Shown here: positions 37,328 through 50,292 of the stretch, piece after piece
Layout of the letters: the number at the start of each line of letters is the position of its first letter
How positions within the stretch are numbered: position 1 is the first letter of the stretch
Source of the DNA: Octopus sinensis
Taxonomy: Eukaryota
DNA: 64,000 bases
Reading direction: 5' to 3'
Assembly: GCF_006345805.1 (NCBI RefSeq)
Contig: NC_042997.1
Coordinates: forward strand, 185,690,001-185,754,000
Position numbers and translations under genes: made by a program
The notes under the pieces: model-generated
What the model was told of the DNA's origin: nothing
Database searches by the model: none
The model's input: only the letters and a program-made list of their open reading frames with translations

Positions 37328-38584
37328 TTGGGTTGGTAACTAAGTTTTTTTAAATTCAAATTTTTTAAAAGGTTTAATAAAAAAAAATTACAACTAATTA
37401 ATCAATAATGTATTCACCCCTGTTTACAACTTCTTCCCAACGTTCAACAAGATTTTCAATACCTCGTTGGTAGAAATCACCCGAATTCTACTCGAGAAGT
37501 TGATCCAGCCAAGCTCTCAATTCTGCATCAGTAGTGAATGAAACTTCACGCATAGCATTTGAAAGAGATTGAAAGAGGTGGAAACCGTAGGTGCCAAATC
37601 AGGAGAGTACAGCGGGTGTGGCAGTGTTTCCCAACTATGCGTTTGAATGGCTTCCTTAGTCATATTGGCGATATGAGGGTAGGTGTTGTGTAGCAAAAGA
37701 ACTCCATGCTGCCGACTAAGTCTTTTCTCTTGAATAGCCGTGTTGAGTCGTTCCATTTGTTGATCATAGAGTTGCACGTTGACCGTTTGGTTCCGTTCAA
37801 GTAATTCGTAAAGGATAATCCCTTCCCAGTCACACCATAAGCACAACATCGTTTTACGCAGATGCAGTTCTTGTTTCACGAGCGGTGTTGCTTGTTTACC
37901 GGGGCTAAGCCATTCCTTACGCTCCTTCATATCGATGTACAGGCACCATATTTCATCTCCAGTAACGATTCAGTAAAGAAGTCGTCGCTTGTGTCTTTAA
38001 CTGAGCAGTGACGATCAAGAAAACAAGTGGAGATTGTAACTCGTCGATTTTTGTTGTCACTTAAAGCATGCGGAACTCATGCTTCATACTTCTGAACCTT
38101 TCCTATCGAGTGAAGATGCTTCTCTATTGCAGTGTGGGAGCATTTCAGTTTCCCTGCCAGTTCCCTTGTCGTTTGACGAGAATTTTCGTGCAAAAGTTGG
38201 TTTAATCGCTCTTCATCGAACTCAGCTGGTCGGCCAGAACGAGGTGCATCTTTGAGGTCAAAGTTTCCATTTTTGAACTTGAAATACCAATCACGAGCGG
38301 TTCTTGCAGCTATGGCACCCTCTCCATACACAGCATAAATGTCGCGAGCAGCTTTTGTGGCCTTAGGACAAAAAAAGTGGTGTGGAAAATGCTCGTTTTC
38401 CTTAACTTGACATTCCATTTTAATGATCCGAAAATATACAAAAATTAACTAAAATTAACTAGAAAAAAAAACAAACTCCAAAATGATTCACAAATAGAAT
38501 TCTCGAAAAAATTAGATTCCAAAGTTTAAAAACGCAATAAATTCCAAAATTTAAAATAACGGCGGGAAATTAGTTGCCAACTCA

Positions 38585-38585
<1 letters not shown>
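37328..38585 (-). mobile_element. Full-length but decayed mariner DNA transposon
   Basis: TIRs ttgggttggtaactaa / (rc) ctgagttggcaactaa with TA flanks; 1258 bp. Transposase motifs: HTH region DAPRSGRP, (W->stop)VPHAL, IVTGDE, LPHPLYSPDLAP. Frameshifts and stops present. Confidence 0.93.
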
Positions 38586-38637
<52 letters not shown>

Positions 38638-40264
38638 TATATATATATATACATACATATATATATGCCTACGTACACACACACACATACACACACAAAC
38701 ACAATCGTATATTGATGAATGGTTGCGATCATGACTGTCCATAAATATGTAGAAATGTATAACCATTTCTCACAATGTCCCTGCCACATTCACTTTCACT
38801 CTTTCCCCACTTTCCAACTTCCCACCATTTTCCGTTCATCCATAAATTTTCAAAAAATGTTAAATATTTATCTCTCAACATTCGTACATATGAATAGAAT
38901 CTATTGGTCGAGTTTTCAGGATCAGAAATGCCTATTATGTGGTCAATGAGTCTATTGATATCAAAATACACGAAAACATTGTGTTGTGAGATCCATGCAT
39001 TTTCTAATAGCATTCATGGCGTTCGTGAAATGAAATATTGTAGCGGAAAATTAAATTTAGGTCAGGTGCTTCGTTTCTACACAACATTCGGATTCGTAAT
39101 CATAAATCTTTTACGTTCTCAAAGCTCGTAATTTGGATATTTAACAAATATATATACGTATATACATACACGCATATATAATGATATACACACACACATT
39201 ATATATACATGCATACACACACATACACACACACACATATATATATATATAAACAAACATACCTTTGTATACGTGCATATATACATACACATACATATAT
39301 ATATTTATGTATATATATATATATTTATATATATATATGTATATATATATATGTGTGTGTGTGTGTATACATACATCGATATACTTACATATATTATACA
39401 TATGATTATATATATGTTTACTTACACATAAATACTCATCATATGTATGTATATGAATATATATGCACACACGCACATATATATGTGTGTGTATATATAC
39501 ATATGTGTGTGTGTATACATACATATATGTGCATACATATATATATTCAACATATATATACATATATATTCACACACACAACACACACAACATACAACAT
39601 ACTCACACATACACACACTCACACACACACATATATTTAAGACAGCTATCTTATAATCTTTAGTTATCTAGCTACCCAATAAATTATGATAACCCCCACT
39701 GATAATGGCTTTCGTTTTTTTGTTTACCCAATTCTCACTGTCATTTTCTAATCCGCCATACAGTTCTTCCTTTGAGAAAAAATTTGATACTTTTATCCTA
39801 ATTTGAAAAATGTCTGTTAATGTTATCATGCTTGAAAATATCTTTTCAGAACGAGATTTCATGGTTGGGATCTTGTTTTATTAACAAGGAAGATAACAGA
39901 CAATACAGGAATGAATACATGTGTGTATGTGTGTGTGTTTGTGTGTGCGTGCTTCTGTGTGTACGTGCGTGTATGATAGTGTTTATCTCAGTTGGATACT
40001 TACTCAAATATGAAGTACTTATTCCCAGTGTTTCAGATACTGGATTGTTGAACTTACCCGTTCAAAGATCTCAAATGCTTGATAGGGAATCAATAAAATT
40101 TTAACTGTTAGGAAGTCCTGGAAGTTTAATTATTCTTGTCTTGATTTTTGTTTCTGCTGTCTATTTTCTCTTAATTTTAAGGAATACTTAGAATTAATAT
40201 ATATATATATAATCGCTTGCCACTACACATTCTTTGTTTACGCTCCTTGTTTCTTTCTGTATAC

Positions 40265-40300
40265 CTTTCTGTAGAAGAGCGTAGGCTCAAAACATTAAAG
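40265..40300 (+). other. Degenerate hammerhead-like motif
   Basis: CTTT-CTGTAGA-a-GAGC gtag GCTC-AAAACATT-AAAG. Stems I and II are intact, but the core deviates (G12 and others). Confidence 0.3.
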
Positions 40301-41797
40301 ACTTTACCACCTGTCTTCATCTTTTGCTTTTCTTTTGTGAATTCTCCGTATATATATATACTTGAACTATTCTAATTCATCTAGTATAAATATTCTTGTC
40401 CGCACGGCTCCCATTGTGTTGTGAAATTTCTGCTCCTGGGGGCTTTTGATTTTAGCGCTGGAAGCAAGAAAACAATCACTATTTTACCCCGTGTCTTTAG
40501 ATTTTGCTGCTATGAACCACATTTGTACGTGGTAATCAACGTCTTCACAGCAACGATTAAATAAAGAGGATATTAGCAATCCAACCCGTGGGAAGCATTG
40601 CTAAAATCATTTCATGCCACAAAGAAGTCGAGAATAAAATTCCTGTGCTTTTACTGTTGTAGGTGCTGCAATCGTTCTCTTTATTGAGTATCGCGAAGTA
40701 ACTCAGAACGAACGGACGAAACACTGGACGAACTTTGAAGCAGCGCATCCAAATCTGAATGTAATCTAAGTATACTTTTTTTGTCAGCCTTTAATAAATA
40801 GCATGTGTTATCATTTAGTGATTAATTTTGTGAGTGAAATGGAATATGAATATTTTCATGTTAGTCTGCTCCTGAAGCTGATGATATCGTGAGATCATAT
40901 TGTATCTATCGCTAAAAGCTAATTTAAGAGGTACAGCAATAAATAATGTCTACTGCCTCAATGGAATTGAAATAAACACCAGTCAACTAATGTTCCAATA
41001 CCATATCTATCACACCGCTTTACTTTTAAATTTAAACAAATGAAGGATCATCTATGTTATTACTCGACTTGTCTGAAAGGGGTTCAGATTCTCCTTTAAC
41101 TCACATCACACCGTCTTAAAAATAGAACCACATATTAAATAATATAGCCCTGGATATCTCTGTAGACATAGGATGGTATTGCCTAGATAGTCCTTGATCA
41201 CAGGACTGTTTGATAAGGACCTGAATCAGAAAGGCTTTTCTCAAGACAACGACAATAAAAACTGTTTCAGTACTTCAATTTCCAGTGACAATATTTACTG
41301 CTTAAACCGATTTTGTGTTTTGAAGTTTTTATATATGTAATTTTAGCAGTATCATGATACACATTTCTTTTAGCAAAACACAACGTACTAATCAACATAT
41401 ACTAGAAATATTAACACAATTAGATTTATTAACCCAAGCGAGTCCGCTGTTCTAACCACTAGGCCATGTGCCTCCACGTATCATATTATCACTATGTAAT
41501 TATTTACAAGTGTTTAAATGTTTTACAAAGGTTTAGATGATTTGAGGTAAGACCCAATGTTTTGTTTGATGACTTAGCAGTTACATTTCTTTAGGAAATG
41601 TAAATAAATGTGCCAGTTGCTCGAATTCACTGGACAATTCGACAAATAATCATATAATATAGTGGTGCCCCAGAATAGTTTTTCTGTGTGTTTCTTCATA
41701 TGCGTATTTCTTCTTATCCTTTAGTCTGGAGACTAGACAATGCATATGGCCCTTCACATTTCGTCCAGCTTGCTAACGATTCTGCCAGCTCGCTGCC

Positions 41798-41867
<70 letters not shown>

Positions 41868-41890
41868 CAAGAGCAACAATAATAATAATA

Positions 41891-42311
41891 AGTAAGGACG
41901 TGGAAGATTGAAATACAAAAGATGTGTAATCTTAAAGCGAGAAGTGTTCTTATGACTGTGGTTGCCCTAGGTATGATAAGAAAGGGATGTCAGAAACATC
42001 AAGATAATATACCAGGAGAACAATTCTCAGAGAAATCTAAAACATTGAGCTGACAAGTACGCACCACATCCTGAGAAAACTCTATCAATTCTCGCTTTAA
42101 GATTACACATCTTTTGTATTTCAATTTTCCATGTCCTTACTTATTATTATTATTGTTGCTATTATTATTACATGAAAATATTTCGCTACTACTCCTGCCA
42201 CTTCCCCTCCCCAAGCTTTCATTCATACTGTAACATCTCTTGTCCTTTACTCTCTCTAGGACGCTGAGTGTGTCTCAGCAAATGATTGTAACAAGCATGC
42301 AGATTAAAAGT
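41891..42311 (+). mobile_element. R4/Dong-like 3' fragment, family 2, copy a (with internal 70-bp inversion)
   Basis: IEIQKMCNLKARSVLMTVVALGMIRKGCQKHQDNIPGE...TSTHHILRK is homologous to family 1. (AAT)n on both sides. Confidence 0.8.
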
Positions 42312-42317
42312 AAATAA

Positions 42318-42386
<69 letters not shown>

Positions 42387-42391
42387 TAATA

Positions 42392-42499
<108 letters not shown>

Positions 42500-42510
42500 T
42501 AATAATAATA

Positions 42511-42581
<71 letters not shown>

Positions 42582-42590
42582 GTAATAGTA

Positions 42591-42645
<55 letters not shown>

Positions 42646-42647
<2 letters not shown>

Positions 42648-43202
42648 GCCCTGATGCAGTACCAGGCAGTGGCTCTCATGGCTTCTGATCTTAATTGATT
42701 GGAAGTGTTATCATGTACATTGTTTTGTCCTGGTATAAAAGATGGGCTACAGCAAATATTCTGCTCAATACCACAGATTTGCTTGTCAGTTGTTTGACCT
42801 TAACCAATTGAACATTTCCCTTAGTGGCTGACGATATGTGCAACTCTGATCACGAGCAGATGTAGTGGGGGAGCATCATAGCCATGTGTTGAGAGGAATT
42901 CTTTGGGTTTTGAATAATTCACCTCTGGAAACATGGGTGTTTCGTTCAACATCCTTAAGCAACCCTTATTCAGTGACCTTTTCAGTGGGATGGGTTACTC
43001 GACCAGAAGAAAATTCTAACTGGGCCCCACCTGCAAGGTCATGCGCTGTTTATGTTGATATGAGATCACCATGTCGCGCACATATGGTTGTGATGCATAT
43101 GCCTAGTGTACCCTTATCAGACGGGTAGTCATGATGGGTATACTGGGCTTTCGTACATTTTACCCCAGTGTCACTTTGATGGCATGCACTGCTCTCTGAC
43201 TC
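42646..43202 (+). mobile_element. (TAA)n-inserted non-coding element, full length
   Basis: 557 bp, with (AAT)n flanks. Confidence 0.9.
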
Positions 43203-43248
<46 letters not shown>

Positions 43249-43302
43249 GTCGGGAAGACACTCGGCAAGAAATGGAAGCAAATTTGAAAGAAGAAAAAAA
43301 AA

Positions 43303-43347
<45 letters not shown>

Positions 43348-43369
43348 TAATGGTTTAAAATTTTGGCAA

Positions 43370-43546
43370 AATGCAAGCTGTGTTGTAGGCAGGGCCATGT
43401 CGATTGAATTAAACCCAGTGCTCATCTGGTACTTTATAGATTCTAAAGAGTGGAAGTCAAAGTGAACCTTGGTGGAGTTTGGACACAGAACGTAGCAGCA
43501 GACGAAATACCTATTTCTTTACTACCCACAAGGGGCTAAACACAGA
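43370..43546 (-). mobile_element. Meta-like SINE remnant with tandem junction
   Basis: Contains cagaacgtagcagcagacgaaatacctatttctttactacccacaagggg, the same junction as 22147-23110. Confidence 0.65.
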
Positions 43547-43606
43547 GCTGGGCTTCGTATATTTTACCCCAGGGTCACTTTGATGGCATGAACTGCTATC
43601 TCACTC
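43547..43606 (+). mobile_element. (TAA)n element 3' terminal 60 bp
   Basis: Reads gggcttcgtatattttacccc...tctcactc followed by (AAT)n. Confidence 0.8.
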
Positions 43607-43655
43607 AATAATAATAATAATAATAATAACAAGAGCAACAATTATAATAATAATA

Positions 43656-44014
43656 AGTAAGGACGTTGAAAATTGAAATACAAAAGATGTGTAATCTTAA
43701 AGCGAGAACTGTTCTTATGACTGTGGGTGCCCTAGGTATGATAAGAAAGGGATGTCAGAAACATCAAGATAATATACCAGGAGAACAATTCTCTGAGAAA
43801 TCTAAAACACTGAGCTGACAAGTACGCACCACATCCTGAGAAAACTCTATCAATTTAAATGTTTGTGTTGTATTACATGAAGATATTTCGCTACTACTCC
43901 TGCCACTTCCCCTCCCCAAGCTTTCATTCATGCTGTGACATCTCTTGTCCTTTACGCTCTCTAGGACGCTGGGTGTGTCTCAGCAAATGATTGTAACAAG
44001 CATGCAGATTAAAA

Positions 44015-44016
<2 letters not shown>
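43656..44016 (+). mobile_element. R4/Dong-like 3' fragment, family 2, copy b
   Basis: IEIQKMCNLKARTVLMTVGALGMIRKG. It has the same 5' junction as copy a, indicating a local duplication. (AAT)n flanks. Confidence 0.8.
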
Positions 44017-44064
<48 letters not shown>

Positions 44065-44146
44065 TAATAATAAAAATAAATAATAATAATAATAATAAAT
44101 AATAATAATAATAATAATAATAAAAATAATAATAGTAATAATAATA

Positions 44147-44220
<74 letters not shown>

Positions 44221-44289
44221 TAATAATAGTAATAAATAATAATAATAAAAATATTAATAATAATAATATTGTTGCTGCAACAAAATTCT

Positions 44290-44505
44290 TAATAATAATC
44301 CTCCCTACTCCAGGCACAAAATCTGAAATCTGGGGGAGGCGTATAGTCGATTACATCGATACCAGTACTCAGCTGGTACTTATTTCGTTGACCCCGAAAG
44401 GATGAAGGGCAAAGTTGACTTCGGCGGAATTTGAACTCAGAACGTAGCGGCAGATGAAATACACTTAAGCGTTTCGTGCTAATGATTCTTCCAGCTCGAC
44501 GTCTT
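44290..44505 (-). mobile_element. Meta-like SINE, tail M2
   Basis: Core gaccccgaaaggatgaagggcaaagttgac, with (ATT)n on the sense strand at both ends. Confidence 0.8.
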
Positions 44506-44558
44506 AATAATAATAATATCAACAACAACAACAACAACAGCAACAACAATAATAATAA

Positions 44559-45125
44559 ATGCCCTGATGCTGTACCGGGCAATGGCTCTCATGGCTTTTG
44601 ATCTTAACTTATTGGAAGTGTTATCATGTACATGTTTGGTGTTGGTGTAAAAGATGGACTACAGCAAATATTCTGGTGAATATCGCAGATTTGCATATCG
44701 GTTGCTTCACTTTAACCAGTTGACCACGTCCCTTTGTGACTGACAATATGTGCATCTCTGATCAATAGCAGAAGTAGTGTTTGTTGTGGGGGGAATCATA
44801 GCCATGTTTTGAGAGGAATTCTTTGCAATTTGAATAAAGCGCCTCTAGAAACATAGGTGTTTCATTCATTATCCTTAAACAACCTGTTATCAGGGACTTT
44901 TTTAGTGGGATGGGCTACTCCGCCTGAAGAAAATTCTAACAGGACTTCACCTGCTGCAAGGTCATGCACTGTTTATCTTGGTACAAGGTCACCATGTCGT
45001 GCACGTATGGTTGTGATGCATCAGCCTGGTGTACCCTTATCAGACAGGTAGTCATGATGGGTATATTAGGCTTCGTATATTTGTACCCTAGTGCCACTTT
45101 GATGTCATACGCTGCTCTCTCACTC
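44559..45125 (+). mobile_element. (TAA)n-inserted non-coding element, full length, more diverged
   Basis: Runs from atgccctgatgctgtaccgggc to ctctctcactc, with (AAT)n flanks. Confidence 0.85.
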
Positions 45126-45350
45126 AATAATAATAATATTAATGATATTGTTGGCCGAAGAAGAGATCCTAACTCTGAAATATTGAAATACCAGGTAACA
45201 GTACTAACCATTGTCTGTTTTATTAATATTTCATAGCTTACATTTTTTTGGCTTCGAAAAAATATTAGTAACATTTATATAAATAAAATAAAATTGAAAC
45301 AGACACTGTATTACAACTAGAGTTGAAGATTGTAGACTCCAAAGACGTAT

Positions 45351-45552
45351 ACTCCTTTACTCTTTTACTTGTTTCAGTCATTTGACTGCGGCCATGCTTG
45401 GTCACCGCCTTGAGTCGAGGAAATCAACCCCAGGACTTATTCTTTGTGAGCCTAGTACTTATTCTATCGATCTTTTGCCGAACCGCTAAGTTACTGGGAC
45501 GTAAACACATCAGCATCGGTTGTCAAGCGATGTTGGGGACACAGACACACAC

Positions 45553-45583
<31 letters not shown>

Positions 45584-45760
45584 CATATACACATATACGA
45601 CGGGCTTCTTTCAGTTTCCGCCTACTAAATCCACTCACAAGGATTTGGTCGGCCCGAGGCTATAGTAGAAGACACTTGCCCAAGGTGCCACGCAGTGGGG
45701 CTGAACTCGAAATCATTTGGTTGCTAAGCAAGCTACTTACCACACAGCCACTCCTACGCC
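45351..45760 (-). mobile_element. Full-length CORE-type SINE
   Basis: Head, CORE-like segment, internal microsatellite and CAGTC-AAAT-GACTG 3' hairpin. Confidence 0.9.
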
Positions 45761-46925
45761 TACGTATCTTAACTAATACTTCGCAACTGAATTATGGACT
45801 GTTGCCACTTTCAAGAAATATGTAATAAAATAAAATTTAAACCAATAATGATAATATCGAAATAATTCTCAACGCTTAATAATAATGATTTCTGACATAT
45901 GTACAAGGTCACAGATTATGGGAGATGGATGTAGGAGATTACATCATTCCTGGCAGTTAATAGGAGATTTATAGACATCAAAAGGATAAGAGGCAGAGCT
46001 ACCTGCAGGTAGAGATTGCATAATAAAAATTATTAAGCATTTACATCTCAGTATTGAAATATGATGAAAAGAGAACAAGAAAACTTCATAATCGAAACTC
46101 GAAACGAAGTTTTCCCAATAATTTCCTAACAAAGCCATAACATACAGGAAACAAAATTAATATTAATGTTATACACACACCCACCTAAAGCAACCCTCTT
46201 TTATTCTATTAAATATTAAAAATATTTTCAGTATCTATTAATCGATAGCCAATACTTTCTTCCTGGAAGGATTGCTCACATCAAACAAAATGTGTTCTTA
46301 TCAGTTTTCTATTAACCCTCCTGTATAACAATGTCTGATTCCGTATCAATAAATGGATCGTTGGCAATAAAAACTTTCCAAAGAAACTCTTGCCTAACAC
46401 AGGCGCGCGTGTGCATATGTGTGTGTCCGTATATCAATGTGTATATATATAGAGATATATCACACAAGAGTTTCTTTCGATCTTTCGAAAGTTTTATGAA
46501 CTTAAGAAAATATATATACATATATATATATATATTTATATATATATATATATAACGTCTCGCAGTCAGTCGAGAAAATTAGAATAAAAAAATGAGATAG
46601 AGATATATCTGTAAGAGAAATATGTTGCAGCTGATATTGACATAACTAAGACCACAACAGACATAATCATGAACTTGATCGTCATCACCGTCGTCTCGTC
46701 GTCGTCGTTGTCGTCATCATGATCGTCATCATATTGATCATAGTTAATCATATCCTTATTTCTCTGTTTCATGTCACAAATCAGTGCTGCTCTGTATCTT
46801 TTGTGTACGTGAAGATCTTTTTCGGTTTTTTTTCTGTTGTATTTTATGTTTTCTGTATAGTATATGTGCAATGCATGGTAGTACTATTTCCTATATAATT
46901 CATTTAGATGGTGATATAACTTATA

Positions 46926-47188
46926 AAATAAATAAATAAATGCACCCTTTTAAAGCCTAGCCAGGCTCTTGGGCCCGGTTTCCCGGTTTCTATGGCGTAT
47001 GTGTTCCTCAGCTGGACGGGACACCAGTCCATCGCAGCGTTACTCATTTTTGCCAGCTGAGTGGACTGGAGCAACGTGAAATGAAGTGTTTAGCTCAAGA
47101 ACACAACGCGTCGCCCTGTCCAGGAATCGAAACCACAATCTTACGTTCATGGTGCTGACATCCTAACCACTAAGCCACGCGCCTCCAC
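46926..47188 (-). mobile_element. tRNA-derived SINE: head D + V-domain-like tail
   Basis: The reverse complement reads gtggaggcgcgtggcttagtggttagg...ttcacgttgctccagtccactcagctgg...gagtaacgctgcgatggactgg...gggtgcat(ttat)n. Confidence 0.85.
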
Positions 47189-47747
47189 GATATAACTTGT
47201 GGTGAACATAATTTATGAATGAATTAAAATTTTACTTATCGTTGTAAATAGAAAACAAAACAAATGTCGTATGTGGCAATTGTACGTGGATCATCAAGAA
47301 AAGAGATGACGTGAATAATTAAAGAATCTATTTTACGCTTTAATTTACATTCTTAAAACTTTGTTAGCACGTAAGAGGACAACTGGAGACATGTTTCGGT
47401 GGTATCAGATCTCATCATTAAAGCATAAGCACTTCAAGCCCGCTCAGTAGACAAATACTTTTACAAGAGAGCTAAGACGTGTAATTCAAGTGGGTGAGCA
47501 GCATGGATTTTCACTATTTGACATATGTAGATAAGTCACGGGACTTGGACAATATATTTGTCTACTTCATCACTCGTTTTATTCATTTTCTGATTTGTAG
47601 CTATTTGCATTTCCAAATACTACAACCAACCATCATTCACGTGTGAATATCTCTTCATTTCATGTACCATATAACCACGTGTTGACGTAGATATACCATC
47701 AACCGTATCAATTTTGACCAAGTGGAGTATCGAGGATATAACAGCTA

Positions 47748-47794
<47 letters not shown>

Positions 47795-49054
47795 GAATGG
47801 CTGCATCGACACCTAATTCGCGTTCATTACAGCTGCGAAACCTGGATCAATATAACTGCAAGAAGAGTACCATACGTAAATGCACGTGGCCTGAGGTTGG
47901 TTTGAACGTAAGATTATTTGTTCGTTGATCCTCTCTTGGCTATTATATTCGGAAGCCATCTTCGAGGCCAAGGTAACCAAGAGACCCATACTTTTCAATA
48001 ATAAAGAGGTATATTGTGGTCTACTTGGATCAGAGGTCAATGTTGCAGTTTTCTGTCAGATGAGTTTATTATTTATGAGTTTTTCATTAAACCAGGTGAT
48101 AAGTCGATAATACTGTCCGAAGAAGGATGGCTGGATTTCGTCTGACGTCTACAAAGTGTTCTTGAGATCGTATGTTGCATTTTACTCCAACAGAAACAGG
48201 ACTAGCATTTAACATAAGAGTTAGCATTGTGTAGATTTAGCTGCTATGGGAAGTGGGGTGTAAAGGCCTCACGAATTTTGCAGATATTTCCAACCATTTG
48301 GCGTGAGCTGACTGAATTCTCCAAATACACTAGTGTGAGGAAGATTGAACAATATCGGGTCATCCAAAACGGGCCGGAGCAGACTACATGCTTGGTCATC
48401 GAAGAGAGAGATAGAATCAATAGAAGGTGAACGTAATATTCTCGGCGTGCAAAACTTACAGCGACCAGATCGGAGAGTTGACTGATGACGATAGCAATCG
48501 TCAATAATTGATGGTGGGGCATTCAGAATAGGGTGATTAGGAGGGTTGAGTGTAGACTAAATGCATATTCATCAAAAATTAACGATACAACGGAATAGAT
48601 TATGAGTTGGAATTAGAACAGTCAATTAAGCAATGTGTTAGCATTTACAATAACGAAAAACTCAAAGGAAAATGTTTATGTTAACATAGACTTTCCAGTA
48701 CGAAGGTACGGAAAACATATGGCGAGTCAATGTGGTACAAGCCCGACTCAGTTATTACAGAGTTTGTGAGAATAGTTATTGACAAGTATACTTTTAAGTC
48801 CTAGTTCTGTTAATGAAAATAAAATAAAAATTTAAATATATATTATTCACTATATGGACCCCACGTGTTGCACTATATGAATGGCCACGCTCGGGACACA
48901 ATGAAGAAGTACAACATAGAATATATTCATGGAGTTTCGTTTCCTTAATATCAACCTAAATATAACTAACTTTCTAGATATCACATTGGATTTTTTAAGA
49001 CAGGTAAGCGCCATCAATGAAGAATGTCTGGAAACACACCTTAGTACAAATACC

Positions 49055-49277
49055 TATTTCTTTACTACCCACAAGGGGCTAAACATAGAGAGGACAGACA
49101 AAGGGATTAAGTCGATTATATCGACCTCAGTGTGTAACTGGTGCTTATTTAATCGACCCCGAAAGGATGAAAGGCAAAGTTGACCTCGGCGGAATTTGAA
49201 CTCAGAACGCATGGGCAGACGAAATACTACTAAGCTTTTCGCCCGGCGTGCTAACAATTCTGCCAGCTCACCGCCCT
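49055..49277 (-). mobile_element. Full-length Meta-like SINE (tail M1) with 16-bp TSD
   Basis: TSD ccttagtacaaatacc at 49039-49054 and 49278-49293. Confidence 0.9.
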
Positions 49278-50261
49278 CCTTAGTACAAATACCATTGTAG
49301 CTACAAGTGGACGAAAAAACGCACAGACTGGATACCAAGAAAGCATAAATGAAAGAGAAGACAGCTAACAAAATGATGGACAAACTGGACCGATTAATAA
49401 AAATTGGAAACCAAGCAGCCAAAGCACAAAGTTTGAGAAATAATTCTGATGGTGAGGTTGGAGCCATGGCCTAATTTCATTCATTTGCTGATGTGTGTGT
49501 ATGTGTGTGTGTGTGTGTGTGGCTGTGTGGATGTACGGATGTGTTTTAAGAGAAAAAGTGAAACCGCGCTTGTGTGCTTATGGTCCTGTCTCTTTATATG
49601 TTGTTTTCTAGTGCATCTTCTCATGAAATATATAAAAATATGTATTTTAAGTCTCGTGATTCAGCAATTATTTCTTTATATACACCTACATAATCATAAA
49701 CACAGACGTGAATCTAATCTTACATGCACGCAGACACGCACAACGGGTGAACATAATCTTACACACACACACACTTATGTGTATGTATAAGAAATTGTAT
49801 ATTTTTGTGTTGGAAGAAAAGCCTCTAAACATGTAATTTGATAGAAAGTTCCATCCATAAAACCGGATATCAAGCATAGAGTTATTACTAATATTAAAAT
49901 ACAACCAATTTTCAACACGTAAAACAACATATGCAAAATACATTAAAACAATCGCGTGAATAGATAACTTGATGACACAGGCAGGGATCTCAGGATGACA
50001 ACACGAACTTGCTAAAATTAATGTATATATATGTTTCCAACAAACACAATATATTTCATGTGAAAAATATAAGAAATTTAATACAATACAAATATAAAAA
50101 AAAAAATCCCTAATTTGCTTCCTTTCTCTAAATCCTATTCTGCGTTCAGATGTTACTTAGCATCCCGCAAAGATTCCAAGAAACCATTTCTCAACGTTAC
50201 GTCTTACCATACATCAAAATCTCACATATCTACTTCAGATTTATACTAGCTTGGCGGTCTT

Positions 50262-50292
<31 letters not shown>

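Noticed and set aside
42646-42800. HDV-like or hammerhead ribozyme at the 5' end of the (TAA)n element (ctgatgc; gtaccag/ttggtat pairing)
   Set aside because: There is no P1.1 GG or L3 UCC.CG motif and no GAAA/stem II for a hammerhead; only a small tgcc.tg/caggca hairpin.
47790-48560. Possible decayed RTE/L1 RT (HYSCETW; LSWLLYSEAI)
   Set aside because: The motifs are too degenerate and out of order to call.
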